In this document: piece by piece, positions 1-10,999 of the stretch | Layout of the letters: each line of letters begins with the position of its first letter | How positions within the stretch are numbered: position 1 is the stretch's first letter | Assembly (NCBI GenBank): GCA_963422265.1 | Contig: OY729416.1 | Span: 1,719,596-1,783,595, forward strand | Length of the DNA: 64,000 bases | From: Thermodesulfobacteriota bacterium | GTDB taxonomy: Bacteria; Desulfobacterota_D; UBA1144; Nemesobacterales; UBA2774 | Direction of reading: 5' to 3' | Translations under genes and position numbers: made by a program | The notes under the pieces: generated by a model | What the model was told of the DNA's origin: nothing | Database searches by the model: none | What the model saw: the letters and a program-made list of their open reading frames with translations, nothing else

Positions 1-111
1 ATTGGGAATCCAGAAGGAGAAAAGGGGAACGAGAGTCCCTTCCTCACATAATCCCCCATAACGCCTTTATCGCAGACAAAAAGACCAAAAGCAGATAAAC
101 TTTCAACTAAC

Positions 112-1281
112 ATGAAGGAAGCGCGCTCTTTTCAAAATCTGCTTAAAGACAAGATTTACACTGTTTCAGAAATCACAGCCAGGATAAAGGAGACCCTAGA
201 AAATAAAATTGGATTCGAGCAAGTGTGGGTCGCGGGAGAGATCTCAAATTTCAGGGGCAATTACTCAAGTGGACACTGGTATTTCTCGTTAAAGGACTCA
301 GGGGCTCAGATATCAGCGGTATGCTTCAAATGGGCTAATCAGTACATAAAGTTCACGCCCGAAAACGGTATGGAAGCTATATGCTACGGTCGGCTGAGCG
401 TTTATGAAAAGCAGGGATCATATCAATTAAACGTCAGGCACATAGAGCCTAAAGGAGTAGGTGCTCAGGCGATTGCTCTTGAGCAGTTAAAAGAGAAACT
501 CCAAGCAGAGGGATTATTTGACAAGGCGAGAAAGAGACCTCTTCCCTATCTTCCGCGTAAGATCGGCGTCGTAACCTCCCCTACGGGCGCGGCTATCAGA
601 GACATTCTAAAGGTATTAGATAGGCGATTTCCAAACTTGCGGATATTGATCTCACCCACGAGGGTTCAGGGCGGCGAAGCAGCGAAAGACATCGTAACCG
701 CCATTAACAGGCTATATAAAATACAAGGGGTTGATTTAATCATTCTGGCGAGGGGCGGGGGTTCTAAAGAGGACCTTTGGTGCTTTAACGACGAGGCTCT
801 TGCGCGGGAAATAGTAAAATCCCCTGTCCCTATAATCTCTGCAGTAGGGCATGAGATTGATGTTACAATAGCGGACATTGTAGCCGATGCGCGCGCCGCA
901 ACTCCTTCTATGGCGGCGGAGATAGCCGTTAAGGAAAAGGACGAGCTAATGCGAGAACTGACAGAGCTAAGAGCCAAGATGGCAGGCGCTCTTAAAAATC
1001 GGATTGAACTTCTCGCCAGGGAAATAGATCAAATCCAATCCGAGTTAGTCTCCCACGTTAAGGCAAGGATTGAAGCTGCCAACGCCGAATTGGGCAGGCT
1101 CTCGGGAAAGCTTGACGCCCTGAGCCCGCTCAAGGTGCTTGACAGGGGTTACAGCATCACCTACAAACTCCCCTCAATGAAAGTAGTTAGAGAATCCAGC
1201 CAGCTAGAAAAAGGGGATGAAGTCCTTATCAGCTTTAGCAAAGGCAGAGCGATTTGCTTGGTTAAAGAGACGGAGAATTAG
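112..1281 (+). CDS. xseA: Exodeoxyribonuclease VII large subunit
   Basis: OB-fold start (VWVAGEISNF, SGHWYFSLKD), GVVTSPTGAAIRDI, RGGGS.EDLW, SAVGHEID, LSPLKVLDRGYS. Confidence 0.97.
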   Translation: MKEARSFQNLLKDKIYTVSEITARIKETLENKIGFEQVWVAGEISNFRGNYSSGHWYFSLKDSGAQISAVCFKWANQYIKFTPENGMEAICYGRLSVYEKQGSYQLNVRHIEPKGVGAQAIALEQLKEKLQAEGLFDKARKRPLPYLPRKIGVVTSPTGAAIRDILKVLDRRFPNLRILISPTRVQGGEAAKDIVTAINRLYKIQGVDLIILARGGGSKEDLWCFNDEALAREIVKSPVPIISAVGHEIDVTIADIVADARAATPSMAAEIAVKEKDELMRELTELRAKMAGALKNRIELLAREIDQIQSELVSHVKARIEAANAELGRLSGKLDALSPLKVLDRGYSITYKLPSMKVVRESSQLEKGDEVLISFSKGRAICLVKETEN

Positions 1282-2348
1282 GAGACGAGGCTATTAAGCT
1301 CTTGCGCAACGTAGAACTCAATACCCGCGCCCCTGAAAACCTTTTGAACTTGCTCTGACGGGGGGTGATCCGTGAATACGTATTTCGCCCTGCCTCCGAC
1401 GTCCTTTTTGAGTTTTTTCTTAGGCGACTGCCCATTTAAGCCCAACTGCACTCTTTCATAGATTCTTTCTATTCCTTCCCTAGTTTCAAATATGATAGAC
1501 GGTTTAACTTCTAGTATATCTCTATAGAAATCCTTTCTTGACTCAGTCGTGCACGCCATACTACCCTTGTATAGAGTGAGGTAATTGATTAGAGTCGAAA
1601 ACGGACTTATGGAAGGCATGTATGAAAAAGCCTGATCTTCGGTAGTTATGGATAGAGGCGCTTGACAGATGCTGTCTAGTGCTTTAATTACATCGCCTTG
1701 CGACGCCCTTTTGATCCCGTTACGCATCGGAAAGACGAGGGCAGTCAAAGAGGCGTTCAGATTTTTCGGTATCTCCATCAACTCGTCCAGGATTTTCCTT
1801 TTTCTCATCATCCCATATTTCAGCACAGTCTGAAAATTCGTTATCCTCTCGTTTTTTACCCTCTCATTGTGAAAAAAGATTACCTTCTCTACCATAGGCA
1901 GATTATCTAGCGAGCGGATGAATAGACCTGATGCATCCCACCCCCTGTTCTCATGGGGACGGGCAAGAGCGGGCAGGGATTCTCGCCCAACAAATACGAA
2001 CTTAGCCTCTAAACGATTTGCCATCTCTACAATTTCCTCAACCATGTCTCTATCTCTGAACGGTAGGGGGCTACCGCCACCGCATAGTGGGACGATGATT
2101 CCACCTAGATGATAAACAGCTATCTCCGTTGAAATAGCCTCGAGCCTATTTGCCGATGCTATGATTACCGTATCACCTCTTGCCAGACCGAGATCCATAA
2201 GATACGCGGCTATATTTTTGACCTGTCCATCAAAGTCTAGCCAAGTGATTTGTTTCCAACTCCAGCCATCTCTACGTTGAAACAGCAGCTTTGCGCCGTG
2301 CTCTTTCACGCGGTTCTCAATCAACCCTGGTATAGTATTTGCAGGCAT
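1278..2348 (-). CDS. AMP-binding/long-chain acyl-CoA synthetase-like protein, short and apparently degenerate
   Basis: N-terminus typical of FadD-like proteins (W..ITW..F...V..IAA.L..LGL..GD.V); only 356 aa; no YTSGTTG P-loop visible. Confidence 0.7.
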   Translation of the reverse strand: MPANTIPGLIENRVKEHGAKLLFQRRDGWSWKQITWLDFDGQVKNIAAYLMDLGLARGDTVIIASANRLEAISTEIAVYHLGGIIVPLCGGGSPLPFRDRDMVEEIVEMANRLEAKFVFVGRESLPALARPHENRGWDASGLFIRSLDNLPMVEKVIFFHNERVKNERITNFQTVLKYGMMRKRKILDELMEIPKNLNASLTALVFPMRNGIKRASQGDVIKALDSICQAPLSITTEDQAFSYMPSISPFSTLINYLTLYKGSMACTTESRKDFYRDILEVKPSIIFETREGIERIYERVQLGLNGQSPKKKLKKDVGGRAKYVFTDHPPSEQVQKVFRGAGIEFYVAQELNSLVS

Positions 2349-2419
2349 GTAGAATCCTCGGTGTTTTAGTTCAAACGCCTTATCATGCTTAGAGATAACA
2401 ACTCGCAGCGTCTTGAACG

Positions 2420-3410
2420 TGCGCTGCCCTGAACGTATTGAAGGGTTGAACAGTGGCTTTACCCATCTTCATCTAAGCGGGGAAGGATAGCTACTACAAA
2501 AGGGGTTGGCAACTACAGTTCAGGACAGCGCTAGGGTCCCTCCCCTACAGGTAAACAAGAAAATCCACCCTATCCCTCCTTTACAAAAGGAGGGGAATAT
2601 CTCCTTCTCCCCCTTTAGAAAAGGGGGATACAGGGGGATTTGATAGGGCATCGGGGAACGAACCCCTTCCTTATTCCCCATCTCCCTACTTAAATACACA
2701 CAGGGAGATGCTTCCGCAGGAATGACGGACAGTGGTATGAATTCTCACCCCTCCCATCATTATTGTAGGGGTAACCCTTGTGGTTGCCCTTTTCTTTGCC
2801 TTTATAAAAGGAGGGGAATATCTTCTCTAACTCCTGAACCTGTAGAAGGGCAAAGCACAACTGAGAAACCTAGTCTTTTCCCCCTCTCCCCCTGGAAGAG
2901 GGACACAGGGTGAGGGTGTTTTCATCATTCCTGCCCCCGAGCGGGAATACAGTAAGAGGGGTGGGGAACGAAAACATTCCTCATATACTCCCCCTTTAGA
3001 AAAGGGGGATATAGGGGGATTTGATAGGGCATCGGGGAATGAACCCCTTCCTTATCCCCCATCTCCCTACTTAAATACACACAGGGAGATGCTTCCACAG
3101 GAATGACGGACAGGGGTATGAATTCTCACCCCTCCCTTCCTTTCGTAGGGGTAACCCTTGTGGTTGCCCTTTTCTTTGCCTTTACCTCAGGGCGACTACA
3201 AGAGTCGCCCCTACAAACAAAAAGAAAATCCACCCTATCCCTCCTTTACCAAAGGAGGGGAATATCTCCTTCTCCCCCTTTAGAAAAGGGGGATATAGGG
3301 GGATTTGATAGGAGTCGGAGAACGAAGATTCTTCCTTTCCTTGTGTCTCCCTTCCCTACTAGATTCCTGCTTCCGCAGGAATGACGAGGAGGGGGTATTC
3401 CCGTGTGGGT
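2420..3410 (-). repeat. Composite palindromic repeat cluster (reverse orientation)
   Basis: Reverse-complement copies of the CCCCCTTTTCTAAAGGGGG, CCCTCCTTTTGTAAAGGAGGG, GTAGGGGTAACCCTTGTGGTTGCCC and GGAATGAC modules; internal near-duplicate block ~2610-2790 vs ~2990-3170. Confidence 0.9.
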
Positions 3411-3480
3411 TAGGAGGACGGCGTCTGATAACGTAAATTGTAGTTAAGACAATTTATTAAGGTTATAATTCCCTACTAGG

Positions 3481-4773
3481 ATGTCGGTTGAAATAATTAA
3501 AGGAGGCTCTAGGCGACTCAGGGGTGAGGTGACACCTCCGGGGGACAAGTCTATATCGCACAGGTCTATTATCTTGAGCTCTCTTGCGCTGGGAAAATCA
3601 AGGGTAAGTGGATTTCTGAACTCTGACGATGCGACTTCTACCGCCAATGCGATGAGGGCGCTTGGAATCCGAGTAGAGACTAAAGGAGGGGGCGAAATCC
3701 AGATAGAGGGCAAGGGGCTTTACGGGTTGAGAGCGTCCAAGGGGGTTATAGATGCTGGCAACTCCGGAACTACTGCCAGATTGTTGATAGGATTACTAAG
3801 CGCTCAGCCCTTTGACTCTCGTATCACGGGGGATAAATATCTAAGGGCAAGACCTATGAGAAGGGTGGTAAATCCCCTGAGGCTTATGGGGGCTAGGATT
3901 GATGGAGTGGAAGATGGAGGCAGGCTTCCCCTTGCCATACGCGGGAGTAGGCTAACGGGAATATCATATCAATCGCCCGTAGCCAGCGCTCAAGTGAAAT
4001 CGGGGCTTCTTTTAGCCGGGCTTTACGCTGATGGGAGGACTGAGGTGATAGAGCCTAATCCAACTAGAGACCACACAGAGAGAATGCTCTCTTATTTCGG
4101 GGTTAAACTTGTCGTGAATGACAACGTCATTGCTATAGAGAAGCCCGATGAATTTATGGGGACGAATATCTCGGTTCCGGGTGATATTTCTTCTGCGGCT
4201 TTTTTTATAGTCGCTGCATTGATAAACCCAAACTCAGAGATACTAATCAAAAACGTGGGCATAAACCCCCTTAGAACAGGGGTTTTGGAGATTCTAACGA
4301 AAATGGGTGGTAACATAGAGATTTTAGATAAACGGGAAGTAAGTGGGGAGCCAGTGGCGGACGTGCTTGTTAGGTCAAGCGATTTGCGCTCAACGGAAAT
4401 AGGGGGCGACCTGATTCCCAAGGCGATTGATGAGCTTCCCGTGATATCAGTAGCGGCGTGTTTTGCAGAGGGGCGGACTATAATTAAAGACGCCGGCGAG
4501 CTAAGGGTTAAGGAGACTGATAGGATCAGGGCTATGACCTCTGAGCTTAATAAGCTAGGCGCGCACGTAGAGGAATTGAAGGATGGGATGTCAATTGAGG
4601 GAAATGAATCGCTGAGGGGGGCAAGGTGCTCGAGCTGGGGCGATCACAGAATAGCTATGGCTATAGCGGTAGCCGGGACGAGAGCCCGAGGGGAGACTGA
4701 AATTGAGAACGCCGTCGCCGTCGCTATATCCTATCCAGGCTTTTTCGCGACGCTAAGCGGGTTGAGCGCGTGA
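3481..4773 (+). CDS. aroA: 3-phosphoshikimate 1-carboxyvinyltransferase
   Basis: PGDKSISHR, GNSGTT.R, SAQVKS, RDHTERML, ELRVKETDRI, GDHRIAM. Confidence 0.98.
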   Translation: MSVEIIKGGSRRLRGEVTPPGDKSISHRSIILSSLALGKSRVSGFLNSDDATSTANAMRALGIRVETKGGGEIQIEGKGLYGLRASKGVIDAGNSGTTARLLIGLLSAQPFDSRITGDKYLRARPMRRVVNPLRLMGARIDGVEDGGRLPLAIRGSRLTGISYQSPVASAQVKSGLLLAGLYADGRTEVIEPNPTRDHTERMLSYFGVKLVVNDNVIAIEKPDEFMGTNISVPGDISSAAFFIVAALINPNSEILIKNVGINPLRTGVLEILTKMGGNIEILDKREVSGEPVADVLVRSSDLRSTEIGGDLIPKAIDELPVISVAACFAEGRTIIKDAGELRVKETDRIRAMTSELNKLGAHVEELKDGMSIEGNESLRGARCSSWGDHRIAMAIAVAGTRARGETEIENAVAVAISYPGFFATLSGLSA

Positions 4774-4783
4774 GGCGTTTCTA

Positions 4784-5155
4784 CTAAGGCGTGGAGAAAG
4801 GGGAGAAACTCGCGGTCTTCTCCCGATTTCCCTCTTTATTAACCCCCGGGTCCGCCGACTCTTTCTGAGACTGGGTCGTTTGTTTGAGCTCAGCTTCCAA
4901 TTGCCGTATTCTGTTTTTTAGTGTGGATCTGTTGGAAACCGTTTGGAACACGCCCATAAGTAAAGCCAATAGCCCTCCGATAACAAACGAGCAGACAATA
5001 ATAACTATGTTCGTAGTTAAGTAGGGGCCTATAGAATAAGCCCTAAGGTCAAATCTAAGTTCAAACTTATGGGTGAATACTTCAAGATTCTGAGTGTAAA
5101 GTATGGCGAAAGAGGTTACCAGTAAAATTACTAATAGCGCTTTTACGAATCTCAT
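4784..5155 (-). CDS. LapA-family membrane protein
   Basis: TM-QN-loop-TM-coiled-coil layout; position downstream of rpsA/sppA. Confidence 0.7.
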   Translation of the reverse strand: MRFVKALLVILLVTSFAILYTQNLEVFTHKFELRFDLRAYSIGPYLTTNIVIIVCSFVIGGLLALLMGVFQTVSNRSTLKNRIRQLEAELKQTTQSQKESADPGVNKEGNREKTASFSPFSTP

Positions 5156-5261
5156 CGCTTATCCCCCTTCAGGCGGTTTTTAATCTTTGTCAAGAGTCTA
5201 GTAAATACCCTCTCCCCCTTATATATCCTATTAAACGCAAGCGCCCAAAGCGTTTTCACTC

Positions 5262-6131
5262 TCAGTTAATTATATCAGCTAGATAGAAGAGTCCAAAGCT
5301 GGCTTGTTTCGGAATGTCCGATAATGCTCCTAAGCCTACTTTAGATAATAGAAAATCTAGAAACTCGCGCTTTCTTTTCGGATAATAAACGGTTTCTGGC
5401 TCTCCCTGTATTCCGGCCAGATTTCCCGCCGCGCTTATAGCGTCGTTTATAGTCCCTAGCTCGTCTATTAGCTTAAGCGCCTTTGCCTGCTCACCGGTAA
5501 ACACCCTTCCATCCGCGATTTGGCTTATTTGCTTTGGGTTGAGTTTTCTCTCCACCGCCACCGTGTTTTTGAACTGCTCGTAAACGTTGTTTATAAGCTC
5601 TTGAATGTATTGCCTATCTGGATCGCTCATCTTCCTAAATGGCGTGCCAGCGTCTTTGTATTTTCCGCTTTTAATGATTTCCACGTCAACCTTAGCCCAT
5701 TCCAGAAGCTTTCCGTAGTTGGCGAACTGGGCTATGACTCCGATGCTACCCGTGATAGCCCCGGGATTCGCATATATGCTTTCGGCGGCACAGGCTATGT
5801 AGTAGCCACCGGAGGCTCCTATCCCTCCAATACTCGCAACGACGGGCATCTGTGCTCTAAGGCGTTTGATTTCGCCGTATATTTCTTGAGATGGGCCAAC
5901 GGCTCCTCCTGGAGAGTCGATTCTCACGACCAGGGCTTTGATGTGGGAAGCCTTTTTGATTTTCTTGAGGCTATCAAGATAGATTTGCGAATCCAGTATT
6001 ACGTCTTGAACCTTGAGCACCGCGACCGTCCCGTCGCCCTTAAGCCCTTTCTTGCCCGACGTGAAGAGGATCACGCCTACCGCTATAACGCAAATGAGAC
6101 CTGCGATCATAGCTATCAGTAACAATCGCAT
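5262..6131 (-). CDS. sppA: Signal peptide peptidase SppA (36K type, S49)
   Basis: RIDSPGG, ASGGYYIA, TGSIGV, KSGKYKD, ADGRVFTGEQA. Confidence 0.95.
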   Translation of the reverse strand: MRLLLIAMIAGLICVIAVGVILFTSGKKGLKGDGTVAVLKVQDVILDSQIYLDSLKKIKKASHIKALVVRIDSPGGAVGPSQEIYGEIKRLRAQMPVVASIGGIGASGGYYIACAAESIYANPGAITGSIGVIAQFANYGKLLEWAKVDVEIIKSGKYKDAGTPFRKMSDPDRQYIQELINNVYEQFKNTVAVERKLNPKQISQIADGRVFTGEQAKALKLIDELGTINDAISAAGNLAGIQGEPETVYYPKRKREFLDFLLSKVGLGALSDIPKQASFGLFYLADIIN

Positions 6132-6137
6132 AACTAA

Positions 6138-7826
6138 CTATTCCGCCTTGTCATTGGTTATTGATTTTAGCCTTTCTCCAAGCACATCACCGAGTTTTAG
6201 GGTATGCTCGTCCGTAGAAGAGACGAATTTAGATATTCTTTCTCTTTCAAGCTGCTCGTCATATTTGCTCTTGCTCAGGTTGACTTGACGCTTTCTTTTA
6301 TCAAAGCCTATGAACTGCGCAGTTATCTCGTCGCCGACGTTAAAGTTTTTAGCTACATCTATCCTCTGTCCTTCCCGAGACAACTCGCTTTGGTGTATGT
6401 AGCCTTCTACTTTATTTTCGAGCTCAACTACTAAACCTCTATCTTTAACGTCCTTGATCTTTCCGGTAACTACGGTTCTTCCGGGCTTATATCTATCCTG
6501 AGCGTCTTTCCATGGATCCTTTGTGAGTTGTTTGACCCCAAGCCCCACTCTCTCTTTTTCCACTTCTATGTTTAATACGACCACTTCAATCTCATCACCT
6601 ATTTTGAATAGCCCTTCGGGGTTGACCCTCTCTCCCCACGAGACATTATCGGGTCTCAACAAGCCTACGACGTCTTCGGCGACCTCGACAAATACTCCTA
6701 TATCCGTTACGTTCCTGATCTTGCCCTTTACCCTTGAACCGGGCGGATTGTCTTCTTTGAAAACCTGCCATGGGCTAGGCATGATCCTTCTTAGGCTTAG
6801 AGACATTTTTCTGCTTTCATAGTCAACGGTTAGCACTATAGCGTCCAGAACGTTTCCGATTTCAACGGCGTCCTTAGGATGACGGAGCTTTTTTGTCCAG
6901 GCGATTTCAGAGATATGAATTAATCCTTCTATGCCGGGTTCAAGCTCGACGAAGACCCCGAAATTCATTATTGACACCGCTTTTGCCTTGACCCTGGTTC
7001 CCGTCTTGTATTTTTCCTTGGCTGATTTCCATGGGTCGGGAAGCATTTTTTTAAGACTGAGCGTGATCTTTTCCTCACCTTCTATCTTAAGAACGCTTAC
7101 GTTTATTTCATCGTCTATGGATATGACTTGGCTTGGATGTTTGATCCTCCCCCAGCAAAGCTCACTTATGGGAACGAAGCCCTCAATGCCCCCTATATCG
7201 ACAAAAACGCCTTGATTGATAATGTTCACTACCTTTCCTGATATTACCTTTTCCTCTTCAATAGTGGAAAGGGTTTCCTTTTTTAGCTTATTGCGCTCCT
7301 CCTCAAGATAGACCCTGCGTGAAAGGACAATATCATCACCCACGAGCTTTATTATCCTCGCCTCCAGGATTTGCCCAACAAATCTGTCCAGATTCTTTTG
7401 CGGTCTCACGTCCAATTGTGATCCGGGAACAAAGGCTTTGATCTCTGTTTCGTTGCCAACGTCGGCGATAAGTCCACCTTTTACCTGCCTGATTACCTTA
7501 GCCTTTATCAGTTCGCCTTTCTCAAAGGCATTGCGAATTACTTCGTTTTCCCTGATCAACCGCGCCTTAGTCTTAGAGAGCCTAGGGGGTCCATCGCTTA
7601 CCCACCTGTCCAATACTACCTCAACCTCCTCTCCTACTTTTACGTCTAGCCCTCCGCTTGTATCGTAGAACTCGCTCTTGGGTACTACCCCTTCTGATTT
7701 TGATCCAAAGTCTATAAATACGTCGTCCCGATCAATCCCGACGACAACACCCTTAAATACATTTTCTCTGTCCGGAGGCTTCATGCTCTCATCTACTAAC
7801 TCCGCAAAATCTCTCTCTTCTTCCAT
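6138..7826 (-). CDS. rpsA: 30S ribosomal protein S1
   Basis: Six S1 repeats; directly downstream of cmk. Confidence 0.95.
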   Translation of the reverse strand: MEEERDFAELVDESMKPPDRENVFKGVVVGIDRDDVFIDFGSKSEGVVPKSEFYDTSGGLDVKVGEEVEVVLDRWVSDGPPRLSKTKARLIRENEVIRNAFEKGELIKAKVIRQVKGGLIADVGNETEIKAFVPGSQLDVRPQKNLDRFVGQILEARIIKLVGDDIVLSRRVYLEEERNKLKKETLSTIEEEKVISGKVVNIINQGVFVDIGGIEGFVPISELCWGRIKHPSQVISIDDEINVSVLKIEGEEKITLSLKKMLPDPWKSAKEKYKTGTRVKAKAVSIMNFGVFVELEPGIEGLIHISEIAWTKKLRHPKDAVEIGNVLDAIVLTVDYESRKMSLSLRRIMPSPWQVFKEDNPPGSRVKGKIRNVTDIGVFVEVAEDVVGLLRPDNVSWGERVNPEGLFKIGDEIEVVVLNIEVEKERVGLGVKQLTKDPWKDAQDRYKPGRTVVTGKIKDVKDRGLVVELENKVEGYIHQSELSREGQRIDVAKNFNVGDEITAQFIGFDKRKRQVNLSKSKYDEQLERERISKFVSSTDEHTLKLGDVLGERLKSITNDKAE

Positions 7827-7952
7827 GTCTAAGCCTTTTTGCTAATATGGTTTTTAACGTATGCCCGACGCCACGTCCTTTGCTCCTGACGTATCAATCT
7901 GAAGTCTGAAGCATTCATTGTCCGAAACGCAATAAGATTACCCTCCTTGAGG

Positions 7953-8621
7953 TTAAGCCCTCGTCCGAACTTCCCTGATGATCTTATCCACGACCGCGTC
8001 AGCGTTAAAATTAGTAGTATCTATTATTACTGCATTACTAGCAGGATGCAAGGGAGACACCGAGCGTTCCACGTCTTGCTTATCTCTGAGTCGGATCTCC
8101 TCTCTTATATCGTCCACTTTTACCGCTGCTGATTCCAACTCTCTCCACCTTCTTGACGCGCGCTCGTCAAGAGTGGCGTCTAAATAAAACTTAAAATCCG
8201 CGTCTGGAAATACGTAAGTTCCCATGTCTCTCCCCTCAATCACTACGTCGCCGTTCTTTGCAATTTCTCTCTGTATAGAGACGAGTTTATTCCTTACTAC
8301 CTTCTTAGTGGCTACGTCTGAGGACAGACGGGTTATTTCTCGCGTTCTGATCTGATCGGTTACGTCTTCGTCGTCTAGTCTAATAACCATACTGTTCGCG
8401 CCCTTGTTCTCAAAACTGATATTGACGTTAATCATAAGGGATTTAAGACTATCCTCATCGTTAATATCGACCGAATTTCTTTTTGCCTGTAGAGCCACCA
8501 CCCTATACATGGCTCCCGTGTCCAGATATGTAAATCCCAGCCTTCTCGCTACGGATTTAGCCGCCGTGCTTTTTCCGACCCCTGAAGGTCCATCTATCGT
8601 AATGATTAAACCTCTTTTCAT
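7953..8621 (-). CDS. cmk: Cytidylate kinase
   Basis: ITIDGPSGVGKST, YLDTGAMYR, EGRDMGTYVFPDA. Confidence 0.98.
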   Translation of the reverse strand: MKRGLIITIDGPSGVGKSTAAKSVARRLGFTYLDTGAMYRVVALQAKRNSVDINDEDSLKSLMINVNISFENKGANSMVIRLDDEDVTDQIRTREITRLSSDVATKKVVRNKLVSIQREIAKNGDVVIEGRDMGTYVFPDADFKFYLDATLDERASRRWRELESAAVKVDDIREEIRLRDKQDVERSVSPLHPASNAVIIDTTNFNADAVVDKIIREVRTRA

Positions 8622-8698
8622 TTATGGTGCGTATCTCACGAAAGTCGTAGTAAGTAAAATACCTAAGAGCCAAGGCGGATGACAATAGATATAAGGAA

Positions 8699-9690
8699 CT
8701 GGATTCCTACTCGGAGGCGGGAATGATGAAAACACCCTCACCCTGTACCCCTCTCCCAGAGGAGGGAGAGGGGGAAAAGACTAGGTTTCTCAGTTGTGCT
8801 TTGTCGTTAGGCAAGCTCAGGAGTTAGAAAGGATATTCCCCTCCTTTTGTAAAGGCAAAGAAAAGGGTAACCACAAGGGTTACCCCTACAAGTTAAGGAA
8901 TCCAAAGGGGGTGGGGGTAGGTAAGCAAGGAAGGAATTCGTGTTCCTCGACGCCTATCAAATCCCCCTGTATCCCCCTTTTCTAAAGGGGGAGAAGGAGA
9001 TATTCCCCTCCTTTCGTAAAGGAGGGTTAGGGTGGATTTGCTTTGTGTTTGTAGGGGCGCGCCGCCTAGCGATGTCCTGATCGTGCTGAAGGATGGTTGT
9101 TCCAAGTCGTGAAGGTGATGGGTAACCACAAGGGTTACCTCTACGAAAGGAAGGGTGGGGTGAGAATTCATACCGCTCTGTCCGTCATTCCTGCGGAAAC
9201 ATCTCTCTGTGTATATTGCTAAGTAGGGAGATGGGGGATAAGGAATGTTTTCGTTCCCCGATGCCTATCAAATCCCCCTGTATCCCCCTTTTCTAAAGGG
9301 GGAGAAGGAGAAATTCCCCTCCTTTTGTAAAGGAGGGATAGGGTGGATTTTCTTTGTGTCTGTAGGGGCGCGCCGCCTAGCGATGTCCTGAGTGGTCAGT
9401 GTGTCATCCTGAGTTTACCGAAGGTAGCATAGCCGAACTGCCTGCCGAAGGACGATGTGCTGAGCTTGTTGAAGGGTGGTCGCCCTAAGGTAAAGATAAG
9501 GGTAATCATGCATATCCCCAACTTGATTGAGGAACTGTATTCCCGCTCGGGGGCGGGAATGATGAAAACTCCCTCACCCTGTGTCCCTATCCCAGGGGGA
9601 GAGGGGGCAAACGAGATTTCTCGGTTGCGCTTTGCTCTTCTTCGGTAGGCTCAGGATATCCTTGCTCCCCTTTCTGGATTACGGAGAATA
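8699..9690 (+). repeat. Composite palindromic repeat cluster
   Basis: Same modules; long stretches are reverse complements of 2640-2950 and 22860-23240. Confidence 0.9.
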
Positions 9691-9716
9691 CGCACGGCTT
9701 TCTACACTAGTAAAAT

Positions 9717-9756
9717 AAAAAAAGGGGATAGGATGATGACTAACAACCTATCCCCC
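9717..9756 (-). terminator. Intrinsic terminator of the 9806-10849 gene
   Basis: Minus strand GGGGATAGG...CCTATCCCC stem followed by a T7 run, ~50 nt after the stop. Confidence 0.75.
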
Positions 9757-9805
9757 TACTAATTGTTACTATTCGTAACTGCTCTTATTACTTGTTAGCT
9801 ACTAC

Positions 9806-10849
9806 TTACTTCTCAAACCTTCTCCACAGCCTACCGACTAAGATAAAAGCCGGGATTAGAAGGTATGCGACTGGGAAGGAAGAGCTAGAGCTCCCAGATG
9901 ACGCTAAGGCGCATCCATCAGATCCTTTAGGTCCGCGCTCCCCTTGCGGTCCATCAGATCCTGCAGGTCCTGTTTCTCCTTGTTCCCCTCTCATCACAAG
10001 GTCTTTTACAACTTTTTTAATATTTTCTTCTTTCTTATCTTCTTCTGCTTCTTCCTTCGCTTCCTCAGTTAAGAAGCCGCCGACTACTAATTCGCCTACC
10101 ATTACTCTCTTCTTGCTGTCTTCACCTTCAATACAAGCCTTACCTTCAACGCAACTAGCACTATCAGCATTGTCTATATCCAGCAACTTCCCATCTTTCA
10201 CAATCTTACCACCGCCTTTTTCAGTAACAGTTAGTAGTTGGATTGACTTGTCCCCACCTGTCTGCGATGTCTCAGCAGCCTCAGCTTCTTTTAGTTTTAC
10301 CCACAGTAATAACTTCTCTAAGCTGCCTAGATGACCAAACATACCTTTGGGAAGAGGTAGTTTTACTGGGCTAGCCTTTGCACCAAGCTCAAGCACCGTC
10401 ACGCTACCTGCACCCTGAAATAAATCTTCGCCGCCTTCAAGTTGAAATTCTCCTTTTTTAGAGAAGACAACTAGCTTAAAAGAATCCGCGTACTTTTTTA
10501 CAAACTCTTGGTCGCAGATGTAATCGATTCCTTTACTTTCATTTCCTCCTTCAATAATATCTTCTTTGACGTAATCAACAGGGTCTTCAGGTTTTCCCGT
10601 CAAAGGGTCTGCCTTGATTGTAGCCTTTTTATCTTCCCCCATAATAAATGTGGGACCCATAAATCTGAGGACGGGTTTGTCACTCTCATTCCAATTCGCC
10701 TCGATATACTTACCGTCTGAACCACAAATTGCTGCCTCGGCTGTAGGCGTAAGAACGAACAAGCTACACAACAAAAAGCCAATAACCCCTATCCCCAACG
10801 TAATGCGGGGAAGTGAACTGCAAAAACTGATGATGCTACTAATAACCAT
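9806..10849 (-). CDS. Secreted/surface protein with short collagen-like G-X-Y repeat and C-terminal GC-TM-basic tail
   Basis: Signal peptide ending AEA; GEQGETGPAGSDGPQGERGPKGSDG; GCALASSGSSSSS then hydrophobic helix then RLWRR; GGAGG RBS upstream. Confidence 0.8.
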   Translation of the reverse strand: MVISSIISFCSSLPRITLGIGVIGFLLCSLFVLTPTAEAAICGSDGKYIEANWNESDKPVLRFMGPTFIMGEDKKATIKADPLTGKPEDPVDYVKEDIIEGGNESKGIDYICDQEFVKKYADSFKLVVFSKKGEFQLEGGEDLFQGAGSVTVLELGAKASPVKLPLPKGMFGHLGSLEKLLLWVKLKEAEAAETSQTGGDKSIQLLTVTEKGGGKIVKDGKLLDIDNADSASCVEGKACIEGEDSKKRVMVGELVVGGFLTEEAKEEAEEDKKEENIKKVVKDLVMRGEQGETGPAGSDGPQGERGPKGSDGCALASSGSSSSSFPVAYLLIPAFILVGRLWRRFEK

Positions 10850-10999
10850 TTTACTACCTCCTCTAAGAATGAATTATGTTTTTTTACCTCTTATTACCTT
10901 CGCTACTAACCCTGAAACCACCCGTTTACTAATGCTTGCTAAATACGCTTATCAAGGATTAACGAGGGAATAAGGAGGCATCTTAGGGAGCTATTAAGG

